A program made the position numbers and the translations under genes. From Clostridium sp. CAG:508 (GTDB lineage Bacteria; Bacillota; Clostridia; TANB77; CAG-508): a DNA stretch of 64,000 nucleotides. The stretch lies in the NCBI GenBank assembly GCA_000435755.1, contig FR889080.1, forward strand, positions 14,562-78,561. The letters run 5' to 3'. The notes beneath the pieces are model-generated. The model was given only the letters and a program-made list of their open reading frames with translations. It made no database searches and had not been told where the DNA came from. Shown here piece by piece: positions 9,053-18,447 of this stretch; position 1 is the stretch's first letter, and each line of letters opens with the position of its first letter.

Positions 9053-10731
9053 GGCAAATCTCCTTCTATCCTAACTTTAACTACTTCGCCACTTCTTTCT
9101 CCATCTGAAGATACTACAGTACTTGGTGATAATATTCCTTGAGTTTTTAAGATAGCTTTAAAATATCCTAATTGCTCATATTTTTGTGATTGTGCTTGTA
9201 TTATAATATGTTTTGCGCTCGGATTCTCAATAGATGTAATTTGTACACCTTGTGGTATAGAATGCATTATTTGGCTAAGTAAGTTTGGTATATTATTTCT
9301 ATTTTTATTATCTTCTGACACTTGATTGCTAATATTTCTTAGATTTTCTGCCAAGCGTTGATACTCACTTGTTTTACTTTGTACATCTTTTATATCTTTT
9401 TCTACTTTTGTTATTTTATAAGCTGTGTCTTGTTTTACTTCTGCTACTTCTAGATTTTTCTTATCAATTTCTTTATTCAAAAATATTGAAAATCCTGAAT
9501 ACATAACAGTTAATATTAAAGCTCCACCTAGCACTCTAAGCATCCATCTTTCAGATGAACTTAATTTGCCTCTAAAATTTGTGCTAAATATGTTAGATAA
9601 TACTTTATTTTGTTTTTTATCTGTTTTGTCTTCTCTACTTATATTAAGCTTTGCAAATATATCATCTATATTGTCTTTAAATGTATGTTTTTTAAAATTC
9701 ATATCTTTCAAGCCATATTCTAAGCCTTGTAAAGCTAATGATATTGCAGAGTTAACTTCAATATAATCTTTTATATTGATTTTTACTGTATCTTTAATAA
9801 AGAATGGTTTTAATATCTCAACTTTTTCATTTTGTAATACTTCTTGAAAGTATAGGTCAATATTATTAACTACCGACAAGGTTCCTGTCAAATATACCCT
9901 GTCTATTTTTATTGTATCATTTTCTATTATTTCTTTTACTTTACTAGCAATAGTATATAAAGTAGGCATTATATCATCTAAATATTCGTTTTTATCTTCT
10001 TTAAGTTCTTGTCCTTCCATAGTATATATAGTGCTATTTTTACAAATTTCATATGCCTTTGAGTATGAATTTTCTTTTATTCTAATTCCCTCTAAAACCT
10101 CTGATGCACCATTTTGTATTTTTTCTACTTGATAAATTCTTTGATCAATTACTGTTGTAATTGTTGTTTCATTTTCCATATTAATAATAAGTGCATTTTC
10201 TTTTGATTTTAAATTTGCAATATTAGATATACTAATTGATACTGGAGCTATAGTCGAAAGTTTATAATTAAGAAATGGTTGCTCTTGTTCAAGAATTGAT
10301 GATTTGTTTGCTGATACATGAATTACCTTAATTTTTTCTTTATCATCTAAACTGTTTACTAATGCGTATCTTGCTTCAACACCATTTTTATTTATTCCTT
10401 TATCTGTGCAAAAAGATTCAAATTCTGTTTGAATAGCTTTCTTCATGTCAACTTTATTTAATAGTGTAAACATATAAAAATATTGATAGCTTTCTTCTGA
10501 CAGATTGATGCTTATTTGTGTTTTAAAACTATATGTGTCGCTTATTACTTGATCTATAGCATCTCCTAATTTATCGTAAAATTTTATTCCAAAGGATTCA
10601 ACTCTTAAAATGTCATGGTCTTTTGAAATTTTGGCGTATTTTATAAAGTTAGGTTCTATATAAATTCCTAAGCAACTAGTCATTGTCTTCTCCTTCGTTA
10701 AAAATAATTTTTTCATTATTATATTTTGCAA
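9049..10731 (-). CDS. pilMN: PilM-PilN fusion protein (actin-like PilM domain, then TM segment, coiled coil and periplasmic domain)
   Basis: 560 aa. N-terminal ~330 aa actin-like ATPase fold (SCLGIYIEPNFIKYAKI...). Then TM RWMLRVLGGALILTVMYSGFSIFL and a coiled-coil/periplasmic region. Fused pilMN genes occur in some clostridial T4P loci. Confidence 0.65.
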   Translation of the reverse strand: MQNIIMKKLFLTKEKTMTSCLGIYIEPNFIKYAKISKDHDILRVESFGIKFYDKLGDAIDQVISDTYSFKTQISINLSEESYQYFYMFTLLNKVDMKKAIQTEFESFCTDKGINKNGVEARYALVNSLDDKEKIKVIHVSANKSSILEQEQPFLNYKLSTIAPVSISISNIANLKSKENALIINMENETTITTVIDQRIYQVEKIQNGASEVLEGIRIKENSYSKAYEICKNSTIYTMEGQELKEDKNEYLDDIMPTLYTIASKVKEIIENDTIKIDRVYLTGTLSVVNNIDLYFQEVLQNEKVEILKPFFIKDTVKINIKDYIEVNSAISLALQGLEYGLKDMNFKKHTFKDNIDDIFAKLNISREDKTDKKQNKVLSNIFSTNFRGKLSSSERWMLRVLGGALILTVMYSGFSIFLNKEIDKKNLEVAEVKQDTAYKITKVEKDIKDVQSKTSEYQRLAENLRNISNQVSEDNKNRNNIPNLLSQIMHSIPQGVQITSIENPSAKHIIIQAQSQKYEQLGYFKAILKTQGILSPSTVVSSDGERSGEVVKVRIEGDLP

Positions 10732-10848
10732 ATCAAAATAAAAAATACTTGTAATTCTTTTTAATTTGACAATTTTTTACCATTCATATTATTATTTTAT
10801 ATGTTTTTATAGAAAAGTCAATATTATTTTTTTATATTTAATACAACT

Positions 10849-10881
10849 GTAATATTTTTGTAATATTTTTGTAATATTGTG
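10849..10881. repeat. 11 bp tandem repeat, 3 copies (gtaatattttt, gtaatattttt, gtaatattgtg), in the promoter region upstream of the pilus operon
   Basis: Direct reading of the sequence. Confidence 0.8.
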
Positions 10882-10894
10882 TTTTTATATAATA

Positions 10895-10926
10895 AAAAAC
10901 GTTTCTTTTTTGAAACGTTTTTTAGC
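10895..10926. terminator. Bidirectional terminator (uppP end)
   Basis: aaaaaacgtttc ttttttg aaacgtttttt: 9 bp stem with flanking A and T runs. Confidence 0.65.
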
Positions 10927-10940
10927 TTTATTGGTTCTAT

Positions 10941-11747
10941 TTATCCTCTTATTATTAGAAGCGTAATTATTATTATTCCAAATATAATACGGTAAATTGC
11001 AAAAATTTTGAAACTTCCTTTTTTTAAATAATCTAATAAAAATTTTATAACAAGAAATCCCACTATAAAGCTTGTAATAATTCCTATAAAAAAAGGTATA
11101 CTAAATACAAATTCTTTTAATTTAAATACTGTTGCAGCTAGAACAATTGGTGCTGACAACATAAAAGAATATTTTGCTGCAGATTCTCTTGTTACTCCCA
11201 TTGCTCTTGCAGTTGTCATTGTTACTCCAGAACGCGAAACTCCTGGTATAAAAGCTAAAGCTTGTGATAAACCAATTAAAAATGTTTGTCTTAGTGTCAT
11301 GTCTTCATATTTTGTTGTTGATTTTGATTTTTTATCCACAAAATATAATACTATTCCCATTACAATAAGTGCTATTGCAATTATAATTGGTTTTGTTAAG
11401 GTATCTTCCAAAAATTTGTCTAAAATAAATCCAATTATTCCTCCTGGTATAGTTGCTAGAACTATGTACCAAAACATTCTGCCTTCTACAGTTTTTTTCT
11501 TTTTAACAACTTGATCAAAACCACCCTTTATTAAATTAAGCCAATCTTTGAAAAAATAAATTGCTATAGCTAATAAAGTTCCAAAGTGAAGTGCAACATC
11601 GAAACCTTCAAATGCTTCTGTGAAACCAGGATTATTAATCCACCCAAACATCCATGGAATAATATTCAAATGTGCAGAACTTGATATTGGCAAAAGTTCT
11701 GTCAATCCTTGAACCATTCCTAAAATTACTGATTGATATATTTCCAT
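10941..11747 (-). CDS. uppP: Undecaprenyl-diphosphate phosphatase
   Basis: MEIYQSVILGMVQGLTELLPISSSAHL is the BacA/UppP signature. 268 aa polytopic. Confidence 0.9.
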   Translation of the reverse strand: MEIYQSVILGMVQGLTELLPISSSAHLNIIPWMFGWINNPGFTEAFEGFDVALHFGTLLAIAIYFFKDWLNLIKGGFDQVVKKKKTVEGRMFWYIVLATIPGGIIGFILDKFLEDTLTKPIIIAIALIVMGIVLYFVDKKSKSTTKYEDMTLRQTFLIGLSQALAFIPGVSRSGVTMTTARAMGVTRESAAKYSFMLSAPIVLAATVFKLKEFVFSIPFFIGIITSFIVGFLVIKFLLDYLKKGSFKIFAIYRIIFGIIIITLLIIRG

Positions 11748-11790
11748 TACTTCATTCTCCTTAGTATTATTATATTATTTTTTTCTGTCA

Positions 11791-12993
11791 TTATTCTTTT
11801 TGTTTTTCTTCTTTATCAATTTGGTTTTGTTTATTATTTTTCATAATTTGTATATCTTCTTTGCTTAAGTTTTTCACCAATATACACGTTTTCATTAAAT
11901 GCCTATTTACTTTCTTTTCCTCATTTGTTAAGTGACTTGGTTTTGTTTCTTGTTCTTTTTCTTCTGGTGGGTTTATCTCTTCTTTTATAGGTGTAAACAC
12001 TGGGTCCCTTTGAGCTTGTTTATATACTTTTGGGTCCAACTGTACTGCGACATTCATATAGTTTTTAGCTTTTTCTTCATCTCCTTTTAGTAAGGCAATT
12101 TGCGAAAGATAATAATATGAACCCGCTTCTAAATCCTCTTGTTTGCTTGATTGCATAAAATAATTTTCTGCTTCATCTAAATCACCATAAATCAATGCAA
12201 TTTGTCCTAAATTTAATTTAGCATTATAAGCCAAGCTATTTATCTCTGCTGCTTTTTCATAAAAATCTTTTGCTCTTTGAAAGTCATTTATCATAGTATA
12301 TGCCATTCCTAGGCTATAATACAAATCATAACTTGCTGGATGGTATCTAAGTGCTGTCATATATACTGATATAGCATCCTTATACCTTTCTTCTTCTATA
12401 AATACCTCTCCAAGCAAATTACTAGCTTTTTCATATTCTGGCTTTTGCTTTAGAATATCCTCAAGTATACTTATAGCTTCTTCATTTTGCTTGTTTTTAT
12501 TTAAAACCTCACATAATTTATAAGTAGAGGTAAAGTCATTTCTTCTTAAATCTGTAACTCTCATGTACGCGCTAACAGCTGCTTCATAATTTTCTTCTTT
12601 CTCATAAAATTCCGCCAACAATTTATTTGTAATATAACTGTTTGGATTTTTATTCAAAAAAGTTAATATCATTGTTTTGGCTTGTTCATGTTTTCCAAAT
12701 CTATCTAGAATTTTAGCAATTGTTACATTAAATAATTCTGGAAAATCTGCTTTTTTTACTTTTTCCATCCATAATATTATAGCTGGTATAATTACCGAAA
12801 AAAAATAGGTAATTGTTTTTAAAAACCAGTTTAACTTAATAGAAAATATCAGTCCAATAAAACTTATAACAATACCAATAAACTCTAAAGCAAGTACATA
12901 TATATAACTTGTGTCATTTTTTTTAATTAATTTTAGTACAGTAATCGTAAAAAGTGCAAATGCCAATACATTAAAAATTATTTTTTCAAGCAT
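11791..12993 (-). CDS. Membrane-anchored TPR-repeat protein
   Basis: Three N-terminal TM helices, then multiple TPR-like repeats (A..Y..A....Y.). Lys/Glu-rich tail. Confidence 0.55.
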   Translation of the reverse strand: MLEKIIFNVLAFALFTITVLKLIKKNDTSYIYVLALEFIGIVISFIGLIFSIKLNWFLKTITYFFSVIIPAIILWMEKVKKADFPELFNVTIAKILDRFGKHEQAKTMILTFLNKNPNSYITNKLLAEFYEKEENYEAAVSAYMRVTDLRRNDFTSTYKLCEVLNKNKQNEEAISILEDILKQKPEYEKASNLLGEVFIEEERYKDAISVYMTALRYHPASYDLYYSLGMAYTMINDFQRAKDFYEKAAEINSLAYNAKLNLGQIALIYGDLDEAENYFMQSSKQEDLEAGSYYYLSQIALLKGDEEKAKNYMNVAVQLDPKVYKQAQRDPVFTPIKEEINPPEEKEQETKPSHLTNEEKKVNRHLMKTCILVKNLSKEDIQIMKNNKQNQIDKEEKQKE

Positions 12994-13004
12994 TTTTTCT
13001 TCCT

Positions 13005-13535
13005 CTATTTACTAAATTTTTTATCATAATTATCCATACATTTTTGAATTATTTCTTCTGCTTCTTTTCTTCCTAATATTTTATCTACTGCTGTTTGTTT
13101 TCCTTCTAATTGTTTATACACTTCAAAAAAGTGTTTTATTTCTAATGACTTTTGTGCTGGTAACTCTGAAATGTCTTGATAGCAATTTAAAAATGGATCT
13201 TGCTTACATATTGCAATAATTTTTTCGTCTTGTTCATTATTATCTGTCATTATCAATACTCCAACAGGATAACATTCTACTAATGTTAATGGTACAATCT
13301 CTTCCTGACATAGAACTAATACATCTAATGGATCATGGTCCTCAGCATATGTTCTTGGAATAAATCCATAATTTGCAGGATAGTGTGTTGATGTATATAA
13401 TACTCTGTCTAATCTAAGCCTTCCCGTTTCTTTATCTAATTCATATTTATTTCTGCCGTTTTTACTAATTTCAATAACTGATATAAAATCATCTTTTTTT
13501 ATTCTTTCTTTATTAATGTCATGCCAAATATTCAT
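13005..13535 (-). CDS. ppa: Inorganic pyrophosphatase (family I)
   Basis: DHDPLDVLVL and surrounding family I PPase motifs. Start taken at MNIWHDI; the ORF-track upstream extension overlaps the neighbouring gene. Confidence 0.85.
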   Translation of the reverse strand: MNIWHDINKERIKKDDFISVIEISKNGRNKYELDKETGRLRLDRVLYTSTHYPANYGFIPRTYAEDHDPLDVLVLCQEEIVPLTLVECYPVGVLIMTDNNEQDEKIIAICKQDPFLNCYQDISELPAQKSLEIKHFFEVYKQLEGKQTAVDKILGRKEAEEIIQKCMDNYDKKFSK

Positions 13536-13539
13536 ACTT

Positions 13540-13755
13540 TTATTTCTCCTTTTTTTGTTTTGTTTCTTTGTATATTTTTTTACACAATTCTGGAAATTTA
13601 ATGCCTGAAGCATAACTAATTGATGGACCAGTCAAATAATTATTCTTTACAGCAATCTTATTCCATTCTTTTTCTGTAGGTATAATTCTAGTATCTGTGA
13701 TGTACTTTGTCAATACTTCTATACTTTCTTTATAATATTTTTCGTAATCTGCCAT
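13540..13755 (-). CDS. Hypothetical small protein (71 aa)
   Basis: ORF only; ends 4 nt before ppa. Confidence 0.35.
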   Translation of the reverse strand: MADYEKYYKESIEVLTKYITDTRIIPTEKEWNKIAVKNNYLTGPSISYASGIKFPELCKKIYKETKQKKEK

Positions 13756-13825
13756 ATTTTAACCTCTCTTTTTTCTATTTTATTTTAACATTAAATTAGT
13801 TTTAAGTCAATTTAGTTCAAAAAAT

Positions 13826-13870
13826 GAAAAAGACACCTTAAAATACTAGGTTTGTCTAATATTTTAAGTG
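13826..13870. terminator. Long hairpin terminator
   Basis: 14 bp stem gacaccttaaaata/tattttaaggtgtc. Confidence 0.6.
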
Positions 13871-13879
13871 TCCTTTATA

Positions 13880-14209
13880 TTATACTAATACAAAGTCTTC
13901 TAAGATATCTCTTAGTGATGTAGGTGTTACTTTATTTTTTAGTAGTAATTCAAGCATATCGTCTGCATCATTTTCTTTACTGAAAATATGATTAAATTCT
14001 CTTTTTTCAACATCTAATTCTGTTTCGTTAGAACATCTCTTTATTACTCCTATTCCATATGGTTTTCTTTCATCTTGTTTTTCGCTATTATATATTTTGT
14101 AATATTCTAACTGAATTGGGTTATATCCTATTTCTCCTATTGCGTGCTTAATTTCAGTATTTCCATATACTTTCACGTCTCTTCCCAATGTTTTTCCCCT
14201 CCTTTTCAT
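13880..14209 (-). CDS. Hypothetical protein (109 aa)
   Basis: ORF with no recognisable motif. Confidence 0.4.
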   Translation of the reverse strand: MKRRGKTLGRDVKVYGNTEIKHAIGEIGYNPIQLEYYKIYNSEKQDERKPYGIGVIKRCSNETELDVEKREFNHIFSKENDADDMLELLLKNKVTPTSLRDILEDFVLV

Positions 14210-14385
14210 TGGTGTAATTTCTATTATATACCTTTATTTCAAAATAGCAAGAAAAATCGTATGCCAAAATTCGACATATTTTGTCGAATTTATATGTTAC
14301 CTTTTCAAAATTTAATTTTATTATCACTAAATATCAACTTCTACTAAATATTTTTAATATTTTTAAATTTTTTTTGCAATATATC

Positions 14386-14415
14386 TTGACAATTGTAATC
14401 ATCTCGTAGTAAAAT
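14386..14415 (+). promoter_or_regulatory. Sigma-A promoter of tRNA-Leu
   Basis: TTGACA, 18 bp spacer, TAAAAT; about 24 nt upstream of the tRNA 5' end. Confidence 0.55.
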
Positions 14416-14438
14416 TATTATTGTCAGTTCAAACAAAT

Positions 14439-14527
14439 GCAGATGTGGCGGAACTGGCAGACGCACAGGACTTAAAATCCTGCGAGACTTAACTCTCGTG
14501 CCGGTTCGATTCCGGCCATCTGCACCA
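14439..14527 (+). tRNA. tRNA-Leu (anticodon UAA) with long variable arm and encoded CCA
   Basis: Acceptor stem GCAGATG/CATCTGC. Anticodon stem CAGGA/TCCTG with loop CTTAAAA (anticodon TAA). Long variable arm. T-arm GGTTCGATTCC. 3' ACCA. Confidence 0.9.
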
Positions 14528-14582
14528 AAAACGAAAAACCATACAAGTATTGAAAAATCAATGTTTTGTATGGTTCTTTTTT
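14521..14582 (+). repeat. 62 bp direct repeat, copy 1 (last 7 nt of tRNA-Leu plus terminator hairpin)
   Basis: Identical except one mismatch to 16591-16652. Contains hairpin aaccatacaa...ttgtatggtt followed by a T run. Confidence 0.85.
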
Positions 14583-14728
14583 ATGTCAACTACAGCCATT
14601 TCAAGATGCTTAAAGTCATTACAAAATAATTGAAAAATTTAGTTCTAAAAAAGTTTGTTGCATAAAAAAAGTCAATATGATATACTGAAGAAAAATTCAA
14701 ATGAGAAATAGAATGAATGTGAATATCA

Positions 14729-15262
14729 ATGAAAAAGAATCTTTTAAAATTGTTGGTTATAGCAATTTTATGTGCAATTATAACTTTGTTTTTTTGCTTT
14801 TGTTCAATAAAATATAATTCTTCATTTACTTCATTTACAACAACTGAACAAGTTATAAATGAAGTAAATGAAGGTATTGATTCACCAGGTGCTGGTTGGT
14901 ATTTATTATTCGCAGGAGGAACTGCTGTTGCAATAGATTTTGCTATGGCTATAAGTATTATGATTTTTACTTTAATAATACCAGGATTTTTGTTGTTTAT
15001 GATAGTTGTTTCACAAAGTATTGCAAGATTAATACAAATTGGTACTGAAAAGAAATGGAAAAACACAACAAGTAAGGTTTTTACATATATCTCAATAGTT
15101 TTGCAAGTTTTAGTATGTCTTTCATTATTATTTAATATATTAAGCAATCTTATTGTAAATAAAATGCTATTAGTTATTGCTTTAGTTTTAAATATAGTTT
15201 GTGTAGTTTTATTTATTAAGGAATTATCAAAAATTAAGAAAAATAATACTGAAATAATATAA
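14729..15262 (+). CDS. Small polytopic membrane protein (about 4 TM), unknown function
   Basis: 177 aa. Extended -10 promoter tgatatact upstream. Hydrophobic segments. Confidence 0.5.
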   Translation: MKKNLLKLLVIAILCAIITLFFCFCSIKYNSSFTSFTTTEQVINEVNEGIDSPGAGWYLLFAGGTAVAIDFAMAISIMIFTLIIPGFLLFMIVVSQSIARLIQIGTEKKWKNTTSKVFTYISIVLQVLVCLSLLFNILSNLIVNKMLLVIALVLNIVCVVLFIKELSKIKKNNTEII

Positions 15263-15282
15263 AAAATGAGGAGTTTTAAGAA

Positions 15283-15795
15283 ATGAAAATAAATTTATTA
15301 TTTTTTGCAATATTTATATCTGTAGCTTTAATACTGCTAATTCTATCATTAATATTTAAGAGCAAAGATAAAAAAATGGTTAAGCAATGTAATCAAACAA
15401 CGAAAGGAAAAGTTATAAAATATACATTATGGAATAATAATGGAGTATATTTTCCTATAGTAGAATACATTGTTAACAATGTTAAATATAATCAAAGACT
15501 TAAATATGGCTGGATTATAAATAAATCATCATCTTTTAATAAAGTGAAATCTGAAGTAGAAAATGATGTTAAAAATGATAATTTAGTAATTAGAAGTAAT
15601 ACACATATTTCTACTAATGCACTAAAAGAACATTTTCCTGTTGGAACTGAATTAGATGTTTTCTATAACCCACATAATCCAAATAAAAGCTATGTAATGA
15701 GATTTGTAAAAAGTCCAGCAGTAAAAGTTTTATTATTTACAGGATTACTATTTATTATTTTAGCATTTATTGGACTTGCCTTTCTACCAGCATAG
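15283..15795 (+). CDS. DUF3592-like membrane protein (TM, beta-rich domain, TM)
   Basis: N-terminal and C-terminal TM helices flank a domain carrying GKV..Y...FPIVEY-type motifs typical of DUF3592. Confidence 0.55.
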   Translation: MKINLLFFAIFISVALILLILSLIFKSKDKKMVKQCNQTTKGKVIKYTLWNNNGVYFPIVEYIVNNVKYNQRLKYGWIINKSSSFNKVKSEVENDVKNDNLVIRSNTHISTNALKEHFPVGTELDVFYNPHNPNKSYVMRFVKSPAVKVLLFTGLLFIILAFIGLAFLPA

Positions 15796-16110
15796 AAAAA
15801 ATATTATAAAAATATTATTTAATGAAATTTAAAGGAGAAACTAAAAAAAGAAAAATGGATTAAAAATATTATTAATCATTATAGTTATTATTGTAATAAT
15901 ACTTATTGCTTTAGGAATCTTTATGTCCATAAAAGGAAATAAAAAACCAATAAGTACAGAGCAATTTATTAATATTACAACTGAATTAGGATATAATACT
16001 TCAAAAGTTACAACATCATCAACAGTTATAGATTCTTATACTGCAAAAAAAGATGATTTCGAGATTGGAATGTAAATTTATTTTTAGAGTTATCGTGGAC
16101 AGCAAGAATA

Positions 16111-16521
16111 TTGGTAATAGCAATTGCATTAGGAGTTTTGTTTACTGGCAAAAAAGAGGATGTTCCATCTCCAGCAGAATTGAGATTCTATGATGATTAT
16201 TTACTATTATTTATTGAGAGAAAATATTATAGCGAAAGAAATATTAAGCAAGAATATTTAAAAATGAAATACAGTGATATTACTAAAGTTAAATATCTTC
16301 CTAATACATCTAATAAAAGATTTCAAATATGTGGTAATGGGCATTCATTACAATATGCTGTAAAGAAAGATGGCAGTATAGCAAAACAACCATCTAAAGA
16401 TAAGATATTTGAAGATGGTATGATTTATTTTTCTACTAATTTAAATCAAAATATTGATTTTATAGAAGAGATTGAAAAACATTCACCTTTAAAAGTAGAA
16501 ATCGATAATACAAATTTTTAA
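16111..16521 (+). CDS. Hypothetical protein. TTG start; may be the C-terminal part of a frameshifted gene.
   Basis: Its reading frame is open upstream to 16057 with no ATG. An unannotated TM-encoding frame (about 15845-16076) overlaps in another frame. Confidence 0.35.
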   Translation: MVIAIALGVLFTGKKEDVPSPAELRFYDDYLLLFIERKYYSERNIKQEYLKMKYSDITKVKYLPNTSNKRFQICGNGHSLQYAVKKDGSIAKQPSKDKIFEDGMIYFSTNLNQNIDFIEEIEKHSPLKVEIDNTNF

Positions 16522-16590
16522 TTAAATATTATATTGATTGATTCTTATATCAATCGTCTTTGAGAGAAAGTTGTAGATTACTACGACAAT

Positions 16591-16652
16591 TGCACCAGAA
16601 ACGAAAAACCATACAAGTATTGAAAAATCAATGTTTTGTATGGTTCTTTTTT
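16591..16652 (+). repeat. 62 bp direct repeat, copy 2 (also serves as alr terminator)
   Basis: See copy 1. Confidence 0.85.
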
Positions 16653-16688
16653 TGAAAAAGTAGGCAATAGATAATTGTTCTATATTTT

Positions 16689-17888
16689 CTATTTTTTCTC
16701 GTCTATTTCTATTATTTTTCCGTCTTTTACAAGTACTCTTGGTACCCAGTCATTTATCATACATGAGCCTTCATATACGCTAGTACCCATATATCTCGCT
16801 GCTTCTAGCATTGGTATTTGTTCACCTATTAATGTAACCTTATCTCCTTGTTTAACTGTTTCATCCACTTTAGCAATAACCATTCCCATATTTATTGCAC
16901 CAATTAATGGATATCTTTTATTATTTATAACTATTTCTCTTCCCTTGTTTCTTGTACTAAATCCATCTGCATATCCTATAGGTATTATAGATACATAAAT
17001 ATCTTCATTTGCCTCATAAATTCTACCATATCCAACAAAGCTACCTTTTTTTATTTTTTTTGTTTGCATTACTTCACTATATAAAGAAAAAGCAGTTTTT
17101 ACATCTATTTTATTATCTATAGTTGTTTTACTAATATGATGTTTTTTATTATACCATTCTCTTTTTATTTTTCTTAATCTATTTATAAAATCGTTTGGTA
17201 ACGGCCTTGGACTTGTATTATATCCATACATTATAATTCCTAACCTAATTCCATTTGCAAAAGAAATTTTTTCATGATTTAGTAATGTTTGACTTCTTCC
17301 TAAATGAATAATTGGAATTTTTGTTAAGTCAATTTCAGAGGTTAATTCTATAAATCTTTTATATTGATTATCCCATGAAACATCATAAACTCCATCTGTA
17401 GCAAAATGTGTAAAAATTCCTTCCACTTGAACATTTTCTTTTTTCATTAATCCTTCTACCACTTCTTTTACTTGGTCTTTATCATACAATCCCAATCTAC
17501 AAAGTCCACTATCTATTTTTATATGAACTTTCAAAGGACTTTTTATATCAATTTTCTCTAATTCTTTAAAATATTCATAATCATGTACTGTTATTGTAAT
17601 ATTATTTTCAATACATTTTTCAATGTATTTTAAGTCAATTGGTTCTAAACATAAAATTGGAATTTTTACTCCACCATTACGTAGGCTAATTGCTTCTTCT
17701 AACGAAGAAATCGCAAAATAATTTATGCCACTTTCTACTAGATATTTACATATTTTATCGCTATGTCCATATGCATTTCCCTTAACTACTCCAAAATAAT
17801 AGTCATATTCTGGATATTTTTTTATAATTTGTTTAACATTATTCTGCAAATTGTCGATATTTATTTCAGCATAAGTATTTCTATACAT
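16689..17888 (-). CDS. alr: Alanine racemase
   Basis: AVVKGNAYGH-type PLP site (GVVKGNAYGHSD). Start set at MYRNTYAEI, which has RBS AAGGAGG 6 nt upstream. The ORF track extends 13 codons further upstream. Confidence 0.85.
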   Translation of the reverse strand: MYRNTYAEINIDNLQNNVKQIIKKYPEYDYYFGVVKGNAYGHSDKICKYLVESGINYFAISSLEEAISLRNGGVKIPILCLEPIDLKYIEKCIENNITITVHDYEYFKELEKIDIKSPLKVHIKIDSGLCRLGLYDKDQVKEVVEGLMKKENVQVEGIFTHFATDGVYDVSWDNQYKRFIELTSEIDLTKIPIIHLGRSQTLLNHEKISFANGIRLGIIMYGYNTSPRPLPNDFINRLRKIKREWYNKKHHISKTTIDNKIDVKTAFSLYSEVMQTKKIKKGSFVGYGRIYEANEDIYVSIIPIGYADGFSTRNKGREIVINNKRYPLIGAINMGMVIAKVDETVKQGDKVTLIGEQIPMLEAARYMGTSVYEGSCMINDWVPRVLVKDGKIIEIDEKK

Positions 17889-17953
17889 ATATGCCCTCCT
17901 TATATGTTTTTTTGAATTATACCACAATAGTAACTTATTTTGAATAATTTTAT

Positions 17954-17984
17954 AAAAAAAGATGTAGTTTTTACTACATCTTTT
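17954..17984. terminator. Terminator downstream of hup
   Basis: aaagatgtagt ttttactacatcttt hairpin with a T run. Confidence 0.6.
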
Positions 17985-18018
17985 GATATGAATTCATATA
18001 TTTTATATAAATTTCAAA

Positions 18019-18297
18019 TTATTTTTTGTTTACTAATTCTTTTAAAGCTTTTCCTGCTTTGAATACAGGTGCTTTAGATGCTGGTATTTTGATTTCTTCT
18101 TTAGTTTGTGGGTTTCTACCTTTTCTAGCAGCTCTTTTTCTTACTTCAAAAGAACCAAATCCAACTAATTGAACTTTGTCTCCTTTAACTAAAGCTTCTG
18201 TTACAACGCTAACGAATGCATTTAGTGCTGCTTCTGCGTCTTTCTTTGTTTCTCCTGTTTTTGCTGCCATAGCTGCGATTAATTCTGATTTGTTCAT
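18019..18297 (-). CDS. hup: DNA-binding protein HU
   Basis: [11 protein letters not shown]...[28 protein letters not shown], 92 aa. Confidence 0.92.
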   Translation of the reverse strand: MNKSELIAAMAAKTGETKKDAEAALNAFVSVVTEALVKGDKVQLVGFGSFEVRKRAARKGRNPQTKEEIKIPASKAPVFKAGKALKELVNKK

Positions 18298-18447
18298 TTT
18301 AAATTACCTCCTATAAGATTTTAAAATCTGTAGTTCATAGCCTACTACTATCATTATTCGTCATTTTTTTCAAAAATCCTTCTTTTTTATTTAAAAAAGT
18401 TGTATTTTTCAGTGCTTTGCTCTTCTTTATCTCTTGTAAGTATACAT

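Noticed and set aside
10732-10940. c-di-GMP (GEMM) riboswitch upstream of the pilus operon, as in some clostridia
   Set aside because: The region is extremely AT-rich, without the GC-rich GGCAAA.../CGAAAG... helices of GEMM-I/II. I saw only an 11 bp tandem repeat and a terminator.
14262-14290. 9 bp-stem inverted repeat (aaattcgac ... gtcgaattt) upstream of the 13880-14209 gene
   Set aside because: It is an isolated small hairpin with no T-run on either strand and no obvious promoter overlap. I could not attach a function.
14590-15147. 185-aa minus-strand ORF in the tRNA-adjacent cassette
   Set aside because: It overlaps the better-supported plus-strand membrane-protein gene (which has a promoter, a start-codon context and TM periodicity) and runs across the plus-strand promoter.
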